Below, one piece after another: positions 48,518 through 56,476 of a DNA stretch of 64,000 nt; the first letter of the stretch is position 1; every line of letters starts with the position of its first letter. The stretch is from an uncultured delta proteobacterium (lineage in GTDB: Bacteria > Desulfobacterota > Binatia > UBA9968). Where the stretch lies: positions 597,603-661,602 of the forward strand of contig CAVSHR010000012.1 of assembly GCA_963727625.1 (NCBI GenBank), in the 5' to 3' direction. The notes beneath the pieces are model-generated. The model made no database searches. It saw nothing but the letters and a program-made list of their open reading frames with translations, and had not been told where the DNA came from. A program made the position numbers and the translations under genes.

Positions 48518-49178
48518 TCACCTACCCCGCCACCGGCGTGCCAACCGCAACCCCAACAGCCCCATTCCCAACAACACCACCGACCCCGGCTCCGGCACGC
48601 TCGCCACATCCCCAGGGCGGACGGCCCAACCGTAGAAGTTGAAGTCCTTGAGGACGGGGCCCTGGAGGCCATTGAAGAAGCCGAAGTACCACGCGAAGTT
48701 GGTATTGAACTCCGTACCCGACCAGTAGAAGGACTGAATGTTGGTAAACGGTCCTTGACTGCCCGTCAGGTTGTCAACCGGACTTCCGCCAAGGTTGTAA
48801 TAGTAATTATACGCCATCTCATTGTCGCGGCAGGCCGTCTCATCGGCACCTCCAGAGCCGTCGCATGGGAAATCAGATCGTCAGCGTGGTAATCGGCCCC
48901 GCCCCCGCTGTCACGCTCGCATACGGCAGCCGCCAGTCGTCAAAACCCTGATAATCCAGATTCGCCGCCCAGGTGTTGGCATCGTCCCAAGTCATTGCCC
49001 CGGTTGCGGAGTTGACGCAGTTGTTCAGCGCCACGCAGAGATTGGCATCCGCCACCCAGGTGATGTTCAGCACGTCGTCGTAGATCAATCCGCTTCCCCG
49101 GTCGATCAGCGTCGCCTGAGCCTTGCCCGCCATCAACAACCCTGCCATCAATCCAAGCGCCAGTATGGTTTTCTTCAT
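48518..49178 (-). pseudogene. DGR target: secreted DUF1566/C-type-lectin-fold protein with PEP-CTERM anchor, split by a single frameshift near 48875-48884
   Basis: Signal peptide; LIDRG.GLIYD..LNITW..DAN, MTW..A..W, DDWRLP; second frame CRDNEM...YYNLG, YWSGTE...AW.F.F..G.Q, WAVRPG, VPEPGS+TM+RRWR. Confidence 0.85.
48612..48738 (-). repeat. DGR variable repeat (VR)
   Basis: Encodes QSFYWSGTEFNTNFAWYFGFFNGLQGPVLKDFNFYGWAVRP versus TR QSDYWSGTEFNTNNAWDFNFDNGNQDNDNKDNNNYGWAVRP. Confidence 0.95.
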
Positions 49179-49228
49179 TGGTTAGCTCTCCACTGCTGCA
49201 CAAATAAAAATATTCATGGCAATTCTGA

Positions 49229-49317
49229 CGCACTATCCATGCCGACAGTGTACATCACTGATTATCTTTACGTATTGCGAATTCGTATAGCCTGCGTATC
49301 TGTAAAGATTCTGAACA
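49229..49317 (-). promoter_or_regulatory. sigma54 promoter plus candidate enhancer site of the PEP-CTERM target gene
   Basis: Minus strand CGGCATGGATAGTGC (GG-N10-GC, 49244-49230); TGT-N11-ACA site TGTAAAGATTCTGAACA at 49301-49317. Confidence 0.55.
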
Positions 49318-49440
49318 ATTTTTTCTTCAGCTCCCGTCGAACCCCCCAAAAGTAAAAAAAACGGAACTTTAGCGGTTTCACCAAAACTGCAAACTCGGCT
49401 TACAGTTTTTCACGATTTACACTTTTACAATCGAATCTTC

Positions 49441-49581
49441 GTAGGATGGGCGGAGCCCTTCGGCTTTGCTCAGGACAGGCAAAGCAATACCCATCGTTTT
49501 TTCTCTTACGCCATTGAGTGATGTGAAATTGATTGGACCGCGGAACGATGGGTTTCGGTGCAACGCCCCAACCCGTGCTAC
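49441..49581. repeat. REP doublet (REPIN-like) element, copy 2, right flank of DGR
   Basis: GTAGG...GCTAC, 141 bp, same orientation as 45951-46091. Confidence 0.75.
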
Positions 49582-49584
49582 GGA

Positions 49585-49619
49585 TTGAGCGTTTTGAACG
49601 GCTTGAACGATTTGAACCG
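49585..49619. repeat. TTGAACnnn nonamer array
   Basis: ttgagcgtt ttgaacggc ttgaacgat ttgaacc. Confidence 0.7.
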
Positions 49620-49631
49620 GCTGCAGAGTTT

Positions 49632-50672
49632 TTATCTAAATTCCGGCAGGACTTTTTCCGCGAACAGACGAATGTTTTTCATCGCCATCTCCTGCGGCAT
49701 GCCGCCGAAGTAGAACGTCCCGGAGATGGTCGTCAGCCCCACTTCCTCGCTCCACTTACGGATCGAATCGGCCACCCGTTTGGGGTCGCCGGCGATGGCG
49801 AATCCCTGCTCGAGCTGCGTTTTGGTATCCCGCTGCGTCAACAACCCCATTTCCTTGCGCGCGGGATCGGCCGCCTTATGCACGTCGTAATAAGACGTGA
49901 TGTACGGCCCGGCTTCTTCTACCGCCTTGTCGAGACTGCTCGATACATAGATGTGGAATTTGCCGAGGATTTCTTTGGCCATCGGATCATGGCCGTTTCT
50001 TACCAATCCGTCGCGATAGGTTTTAATGAAGCCCGGGAGCATATGCGGCTCGCGGTAAAGATAAGGCAGGGTCATCAAGTTGAACCCTTGCTCGCCGGCC
50101 CAGCGAAATGAATCTTCCGAGCGCGCGCAGCCCACCCAGATCGGCGGATGCGGCCGCTGCACCGGCTTGGGATATACCGGCACGCTTTGATAGTTATAAA
50201 ATTTCCCGCTGACGGTTACCGGTTGTTCGGACCACGCCTGCCGAATAACTTCCACGCCCTCGTACATCCGGCCGGTGGATTCGCTCTGGTCGATGCCGAA
50301 TTTTTTGTACTCGTGGCCTTCGCTGCCCTTGCCGACGCCGAATTCCAAGCGGCCGTTGGAGATCACGTCGACCATGGCGTAGGACTCCGCGATGTCGATC
50401 GGGTTGTGCAGCGGCAGCACGTTGATGGCGACGCCGAGGCGGATTTGTTTGGTCGTGCGCGCCAGCGCCGCCATGAACGTGGGCGGATGCGGCAGCGTGC
50501 CGCCGTACATGGCGAAATGATGCTCGGTGACCCAGATATGATCGTAACCGAGACGGTCCATCTCTTCCATCTGGACGAACATCTTCTGATAAAATTCCGT
50601 CACCGGTCCGTCCAGGTCGGGAACGTAAGTCGGTAAATAATGCGCGCCGAACTTGAGCGTCTTGCTTGCCAT
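49632..50672 (-). CDS. LLM class flavin-dependent oxidoreductase
   Basis: GYDHIWVTEHHF, TTKQIRLG, SNGRLEFGVGKG, PKPVQRPHPP. Confidence 0.92.
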   Translation of the reverse strand: MASKTLKFGAHYLPTYVPDLDGPVTEFYQKMFVQMEEMDRLGYDHIWVTEHHFAMYGGTLPHPPTFMAALARTTKQIRLGVAINVLPLHNPIDIAESYAMVDVISNGRLEFGVGKGSEGHEYKKFGIDQSESTGRMYEGVEVIRQAWSEQPVTVSGKFYNYQSVPVYPKPVQRPHPPIWVGCARSEDSFRWAGEQGFNLMTLPYLYREPHMLPGFIKTYRDGLVRNGHDPMAKEILGKFHIYVSSSLDKAVEEAGPYITSYYDVHKAADPARKEMGLLTQRDTKTQLEQGFAIAGDPKRVADSIRKWSEEVGLTTISGTFYFGGMPQEMAMKNIRLFAEKVLPEFR

Positions 50673-50798
50673 CGATATCGAACGCCTCCGGAAAATTTGT
50701 CCAATTAGATATAGGTTGCGGCTTCGGCGGAGTCAACGGCGCGCAGTTCGCCCGCCGCTCGCTGCGCGCGCACGGACCGAATGCCGCGACAAAAGAAA

Positions 50799-50828
50799 AT
50801 GTCGGGACGGCTTTAAACCGCCCCGACA
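50799..50828. terminator. Stem-loop downstream of grdB (terminator or REP-like)
   Basis: TGTCGGGACGG-CTTTAAA-CCGCCCCGACA, followed on the minus strand by TTTTCTTTT. Confidence 0.5.
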
Positions 50829-50887
50829 GGCAACATTTGGCACTCCTCTTTTAACTGCCAGAGATGAGTCGCGCGATCGAAAAGGCT

Positions 50888-52228
50888 CTAGCCTCCCGTC
50901 GCGATCGGCGGCGAAAACAGCGTCGGCCCTTCGACTTCGGTCTCGAGCGCTTTGAGCGCGGTGCGAATGATTTCCCGGCGCAAGTTGGCGTCGAGCTCCT
51001 TCGGCAGGCTCGGATCGCCGCAGGGATGCGGAATGCTCACGCCCTTGACGATACGGTTGGCGCGCACCTGTTGTGCCACGGGAAACATCGCGCTCACCAA
51101 CGCCACCGGCAACCCTGCTCGTTCGAGTTCTTTGCTCATCACAGCGCCGCTGCGACTGCAGGTTCCTCACGTGGCGACGAAGAGCACACCCTCGACGTTG
51201 TCTTTTTTCAAGTCTGCGGCGATCTCCTGTCCCATGCGCCGCATCACCGTCGGCGAGCCCTGGTTTCCCGGTATAACGTAGTAAGCTGGATAGAGTTTGC
51301 CCGCGCCGATCGTGCCTTCTTGTTCGAGCGCGCGCAGCGCGTCGAGCGGCACGCCGTAGTGCGGGTTCTGATTCATGTAGGCGACGTTGTAGCCGCCGTG
51401 CACCGCTTCCCATTTACCCGGCTCGAGCGTCTTCAGTTCGGCGATATTGTACTTGCGCCAGTAGGTATTGCGATAGGTCTTGAACTTGTCCGGGTTGCCC
51501 CAGGGCACCACGCCGCTGGTGGTCACCACGGCGATGTTGCGCGCCTTGACCTGGTCCAAGGGCGGCGCCGGCTTGGCATCGTCCCAGATTTCCATGGGCA
51601 GCTCGGTTTCGAACGGCTCGTTATGAATCTTCTTGAGCAGCATTTCGATTGCGCGCTCCGCGCCGCGCCGTTGGCTTTTCACAATCCTTCTGATGCCGCG
51701 GCTGATATAGCCTTCCTTCGCTGCCGCACCGATTTCTGCACCGCTGGCCAAGCGCAGGGCGAATGCGGCGAGTCGCGTCATGGCATCGGTCATGCCCACG
51801 GTGGTTTCCGCGGTCGGCAGGCAATAGATTCCCGCGTTAGCCAAATCGCGGTAGGTGCCGACGCCGGGATTTTCCTCGTGCATGGCAGTCACACAGGGAA
51901 TCGCAATCTGATTGGCCACCGCGTCGCAGATCTCGACGCAGCTCAATCCGTAACGGCCGGAATTGAACGCCGGCCCGGCGACGACGACATCCGGCGCCGC
52001 CGCGCGCACTGCGTCGAGAATCGTTTTGAGCGCTTCGTCCTTGTGCTCGTGAAAATAGTTGTCGCCGACGTAGACCGTGCAAACGATCTTCGCCGCGTCG
52101 CCAAGCTTGGCCTCCAACGCTCGCGCCGCGCCGGCGCCACCGTCGATGACGCCAACCGGCACGCCGGCTTTTTTTTCACCGCCGAGACCGGCGAAAAACT
52201 GATTTAACACGTGAACGATTTTAATCAT
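50888..52228 (-). CDS. grdB: Glycine/sarcosine/betaine reductase selenoprotein B (Sec at UGA 51169-51167)
   Basis: VHVLNQFFAGLGGE, AGPAFNSGRYG, VTTSGVVP.GNPD, HGGY; in-frame VAT-TGA-GTCSRSGA (UxxC) continuing into ORF 50888-51142 (IPHPCGDP). Confidence 0.92.
51138..51156 (-). promoter_or_regulatory. Candidate SECIS hairpin of grdB
   Basis: GTCGCAGC-GGC-GCTGTGAT starting 10 nt after the UGA, G-initiated loop. Confidence 0.55.
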
Positions 52229-52251
52229 CGCAAGCTCTCCTTAAACTCCGG

Positions 52252-52407
52252 AAGAGTTCAAAATGTTCAAGCCGTTCAACCGCTTCGCTCCGCTCAATCC
52301 CCCTCCTTCATCCTCCCCCGCGTCGCGGGGGAGGAAAGTCTCCCTCGTATGACATCGACGGAAGGTGGGGGTTTGATCGATTTGAACGGCTTGAACTAAT
52401 TGAACGA
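52252..52407. repeat. Composite palindromic intergenic element, copy 1
   Basis: GTTCAA arm + TCCTCCCCCGCGTCGCGGGGGAGGA hairpin + TTGAAC arm; homologous to 57931-58061. Confidence 0.75.
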
Positions 52408-53715
52408 CTAACACTCCGCGCATCTGAATCTACCCTCGCCCCAAATATCCGCGCCGCCGATCATCACGTCGCGAGCTTCCAGCGCCAAAGGACCACGCGC
52501 CGGCACCGGAGCGGCTCCGGGATAAGGAAAAATTTTTATCTCATCGTAGGGACCGATGACTTTTTCCATCGGCGGCAGTTGCAACGGCCGGTCGAGCGCG
52601 CCCGTGCTCATCACCGCGTCCGCTTCGGCGAGATAAAACAGCACCGGGCTGTCCTTGCCTTCTTTGCCGCCGTTTTCATAGGTGACCAGCGTGGTTTTGA
52701 CGCCGGCGCGCTCGCAGGCGCGCACGGTAAACATGACGTCGACAAAGGCGTTGCCGCCACCGATCCAGGTCACCAGCGCGCCGTCGGCACCGAGGGATTT
52801 CGCCATGCGCGCCGCGTTGAGCGCGCCGACTTCCTTGCCGTGATTGTTCTCGAAGCGAATGCGCTGCAAGATCACGCCGCCGAAATTCAACGTCTTGCCG
52901 TGGGCGGCGTAGAGCTCCAGCACCAGCGGATGATTTTGCCAATCCCAAGTGGTGGGATAATAGCCGCGCCCGGAGCGCGTCGTATCGACGGTCACCGCGC
53001 CGTCGAAGATCTCGTTGGGATGAACGAAGGTCGCCAGGGAATTGCGCAGGGAGAGGCCGTAATAACCGACGCCCGAGTGGACGTGCTGGGGGTCGGTGAT
53101 GCAGCCTTGGATCAGCATCACGTTGGGCAGTTCTGGATCGCTTTCGCTCAAGTCGTAGCTGTGCAGTCGCGCCGGAGCCAAGCCTTCGGTGATCCGTGCC
53201 AACTGTTGCGCGACTTTGAGCTCGGCCATCTGAATCGCGCCATGGGCATCGAGCTCGCCCAGGCCGGGAACGATTTTAAAGCTCACGATCAGGTGCGAGT
53301 AAGCGCTGAACCGCGAAACTTCCGCCCCCGGACCGGACATGTCGAGGATCGCACTCCTCTGCACCGTGGTCCCGGCGCGGATCGTGCCCTCGTACTCAGC
53401 GGCGGCGATCACCGTCATCCCCGAAAGACGGTGCGTCCGTCCCGCGCCGACATTTTCGACGGCACCCAAGACGCCGGGAAAAACCTGGCCGCCGCCCGAA
53501 ACTTTATAGCGCGGCTCGACGATGTCGCGAATCCCCGTGATGCGCGTCGTGTCCCCCGGTGCAGCAATGCCCAGAGTCACCTCGGTGATGCGCCGATCTT
53601 CCAAAACGAGCGCAATCAACGCCGCCTCGTCGACCTCGAGGACTTCGTTCTCGTAGGCAAAGCGCTGCCCCAAGCGAATCTGGCCGACGGGAAATTCCGC
53701 AATCTCAAGCTTCAC
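52408..53715 (-). CDS. Glycine/sarcosine/betaine reductase component B proprotein-like subunit (GrdE/GrdI family)
   Basis: MKLEI..F.V, A.PG...RI....D.VEPR, G.GRTH.L.G, ILDMSGPGA, HPNEI.DGA, QNHP, ADGA, DAV.STG. Confidence 0.88.
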   Translation of the reverse strand: MKLEIAEFPVGQIRLGQRFAYENEVLEVDEAALIALVLEDRRITEVTLGIAAPGDTTRITGIRDIVEPRYKVSGGGQVFPGVLGAVENVGAGRTHRLSGMTVIAAAEYEGTIRAGTTVQRSAILDMSGPGAEVSRFSAYSHLIVSFKIVPGLGELDAHGAIQMAELKVAQQLARITEGLAPARLHSYDLSESDPELPNVMLIQGCITDPQHVHSGVGYYGLSLRNSLATFVHPNEIFDGAVTVDTTRSGRGYYPTTWDWQNHPLVLELYAAHGKTLNFGGVILQRIRFENNHGKEVGALNAARMAKSLGADGALVTWIGGGNAFVDVMFTVRACERAGVKTTLVTYENGGKEGKDSPVLFYLAEADAVMSTGALDRPLQLPPMEKVIGPYDEIKIFPYPGAAPVPARGPLALEARDVMIGGADIWGEGRFRCAEC

Positions 53716-53734
53716 AGTTTTCTCTTACGACGCG

Positions 53735-53768
53735 TTGAACGATTTGAACTGCTTGAACGTTTTGAACG
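53735..53768. repeat. TTGAACnnn nonamer array
   Basis: ttgaacgat ttgaactgc ttgaacgtt ttgaacg. Confidence 0.75.
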
Positions 53769-53779
53769 CTTATTCTTTT

Positions 53780-53980
53780 TTACCGCGCTCCCATGATCTT
53801 CTTAAAGTCCTGGATATAGGTTTTCAGACTCGCGCCGAGCTTGGGGCTGACGACGAAGTCCGGCTTGGACTGAAAATCTTTGAACTTGCTGCGCACGCCC
53901 GTCCTCGCAGTGCTCTTGCCGACGCCCCAGCCGTCGCTGAGAAGCAAATCAGCGACACATAGCAGCACAAAATGGCTTTC
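53780..53980 (-). pseudogene. Probable C-terminal remnant of an ABC substrate-binding protein
   Basis: L..DLLLS.G....GK..ARTGV...Y..DFKKIMG resembles the tail of proteins like 32190-33245; no plausible N-terminus. Confidence 0.35.
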
Positions 53981-54372
53981 ATTGTCCGGTGCATTGTTCA
54001 TTCCCTCATTCCCAATGACCCTCATAACCCCGCAAGAACTTGCTTGGGTTTAGCAGAACCTCGAAGCCGCCGTCAACGCGCCGCGTCTTCCACCGTTTGT
54101 CATCCTGTCCCGAATTCAGATTGGCGATTCGAAGCTTGCCGAAATTATCGTTAATCAATCATTTGGCTGCCAACGTGATGTCCGCCACCATGAAATTAAG
54201 GCAAATTCGGACACCGCTCGACCTAATCTCCAAAAATTAGCGAGACCAAGGTCTTCAATCGTAGAGTAGAAATCTTGACAGCTCGCCAATCGATGGGCTG
54301 CCGTATCTTTGATTTACATGTCGGCTTGTTTCCGCTAGTAGACTGGCCAGTAGGCTCGGAATGGGAGGCGTC

Positions 54373-55347
54373 ATGATTCACACGCGTATTTGCGACTTGC
54401 TCGGCATCGATCACCCGATCGTTCTCGGCGGTATGGGCACGGCGACCACTGCGCCGCTGGTCGCCGCGGTGTCCAACGCGGGCGGCTTCGGCACGCTTGG
54501 CACCTCGGCTTTCAACGCAAAGACGCTCGATAGCGAAATCGCCGCGATCCGCGAACGCACCGACAAGCCCTTCGGCGTCAACCATTTACTATTTCAGGTC
54601 AGGGAGGAGATGTACGCGGTCACGCTGCGCGCGCGCCCGGCGGTGGTTGCCTTTGCCTGGGCGCGCAAAGATCAGAATCTGCGTGAATTTTTCAACCGAG
54701 CCCATGATGTCGGCGCCAGAGTCATGCACATGGCCGGCGAAGTTTCCGAGGCACTGCGCGCCGCCGAGGCGGGGGCCGACGTCCTCGTGGCGCAGGGCAC
54801 CGAAGCCGGCGGCCATGTCGGCTGGATGGCGTCGCTGCCGCTGCTGCCGATGATGGTCAAAGCGGTCGCGCCGTTGCCGGTGCTCTGCGCCGGCGGCATC
54901 GCCGACGGCCGCGGCCTCGCCGCCGCGCTGGCACTCGGCGCCGACGGCGTGTTGCTCGGCACAAGGTTTATGGCGACGTTGGAAGCGCCGATCCATCCGA
55001 ACTTCAAGCAAGCGATCGTCAGAACTGACGGACACGATACGGTGTTGACGGAGATTCCCGATCTCGCCACGCAACGGGTTTGGCCGGGCGCAATGTCGCG
55101 CGCCAAGCGCAATAAATTCATCGAATGCTGGGCCGGCCGTGAGTGGGCGCTGCGCCAGGACGCCGGCGAAGTCGGCAAGCAAACCGCTGCCGCGCGCGCC
55201 GCCGGCGACGTCGACAACGCGTCGATCTCCTACGGCCAGGATGCCGGCCTGATCGATTCGATCAAGACCGTCCAGCAAGTGGTCCAAGACACCATCGCCG
55301 AAGCGGAGGAAATTATCAGGGACCGCCTGCCGAACCTGTTGCGGTAA
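54373..55347 (+). CDS. Nitronate monooxygenase/FabK family flavoprotein
   Basis: LLGIDHPIVLGGM, AAVSNAGGFGTL, QGTEAGGH, AGGIADGRG, GADGVLLGTRF. Confidence 0.92.
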   Translation: MIHTRICDLLGIDHPIVLGGMGTATTAPLVAAVSNAGGFGTLGTSAFNAKTLDSEIAAIRERTDKPFGVNHLLFQVREEMYAVTLRARPAVVAFAWARKDQNLREFFNRAHDVGARVMHMAGEVSEALRAAEAGADVLVAQGTEAGGHVGWMASLPLLPMMVKAVAPLPVLCAGGIADGRGLAAALALGADGVLLGTRFMATLEAPIHPNFKQAIVRTDGHDTVLTEIPDLATQRVWPGAMSRAKRNKFIECWAGREWALRQDAGEVGKQTAAARAAGDVDNASISYGQDAGLIDSIKTVQQVVQDTIAEAEEIIRDRLPNLLR

Positions 55348-55525
55348 CGGAGCTATTAGCCCGGCTGCGATTGAGTGTGGTGCAAGATTGTGCCGTCAAA
55401 GCCCATGGATCGTTTTCGTGCTTCGTGTCCGCGAACGAGCACGATCACGTTCCACGCGCAAGATTCCCTGCGCCCGGTAAAACGCAACAAAAGTTAGAAG
55501 GCTCTTATCCAGTAGTCCGCGACGA

Positions 55526-56152
55526 TCACCCATTGCGCGGCGGAATCGGCTCCTTATAGATCATATCGACGTCCATCTTTTGGTAAGCGGCGACAAAGCC
55601 GTTCTTGTACTCGTGGCCGGAGTAATGCGCCGGCTTGAGCTTGTCCCAGACGACGTAACCGTTCGCATCGACGCAGCCCTCGTCCACGGACGCCGCCACC
55701 ACTTTGCCGACGATCATGACACGGTGCAGCCATTGCTTGGTCCACTCCACTTTGCATTCGAAGTGACTGCGGCACTCCTCGATACGCGGCGGCTTGACGA
55801 CTTTCGACGGCAACGCCGTGAGCCCGGCTTTTTCCAATTCATTGACCCGCGGTGGAAATTCCAACCCCACGACTCTCACCTTTTCGAGAATTTCCCTTTC
55901 ATAGGGCGGCACGTTGACGACGAATTCGCCGGTCGCCAGTATATTCTTGCAGGTGTCCTTCGGCGCGCCGACGGTAAAAGCGATAAAAACCGGATCGTGG
56001 CACACCCGCACGCAGGTGCCGAAGGACGCCGCGTTGATGCGCCCTTCGCCGTCCACCGTGGTAATCATCACCAAGCAAGCGCTCGGCGCAAACAACCTAT
56101 CCCAATGCTCGCCCGGCACATCGATCTTATGAACGGTATTCGAATGGCTCAT
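55526..56152 (-). CDS. Flavin reductase-like (FMN-binding split barrel) protein
   Basis: ITTVD.EGRINAA, KDT.KNI..TGEFVVN, VKPPRIEEC..HFEC. Confidence 0.88.
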   Translation of the reverse strand: MSHSNTVHKIDVPGEHWDRLFAPSACLVMITTVDGEGRINAASFGTCVRVCHDPVFIAFTVGAPKDTCKNILATGEFVVNVPPYEREILEKVRVVGLEFPPRVNELEKAGLTALPSKVVKPPRIEECRSHFECKVEWTKQWLHRVMIVGKVVAASVDEGCVDANGYVVWDKLKPAHYSGHEYKNGFVAAYQKMDVDMIYKEPIPPRNG

Positions 56153-56476
56153 CTCGTTCGCCTCCTATTCATTCCATGAGACCCGGAGCCTAATTGAACA
56201 GAGCCGGCGCCGTCAACAACAATGCTTTCGTTTATGGCCGATCCTCCGGGTTTGTCACGGTTCAATTCGCGTGAAGCTGCAAGGCCACTGCTTTATTCCG
56301 CGGCAGATCAATTACGATTAGCGCCGGGGAACGAGTGCCGTTATGTTGAGGGACATACGAGGAACGCATCCGCGTGCGGAAGAGTTCGACAAGCCTCTCG
56401 ACCCGGAGCCGCGCCGGCCGGCGGTGGTCGCGCTGCTCGCCGCCCTCGCCAATTTCCGAAAGAGCGGTGGTGATGA

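Larger units (their letters stand above)
46197..49178 (-). mobile_element. Diversity-generating retroelement cassette (target-avd-TR-RT)
   Basis: All four canonical components present in canonical order on one strand. Confidence 0.93.

Noticed and set aside
50864-53796. Long antisense ORFs (447 aa at 50864-52207, 405 aa at 52579-53796; similar ones at 39483 and 59382)
   Set aside because: Shadow frames opposite well-supported genes, expected in high-GC DNA; no recognisable motifs.
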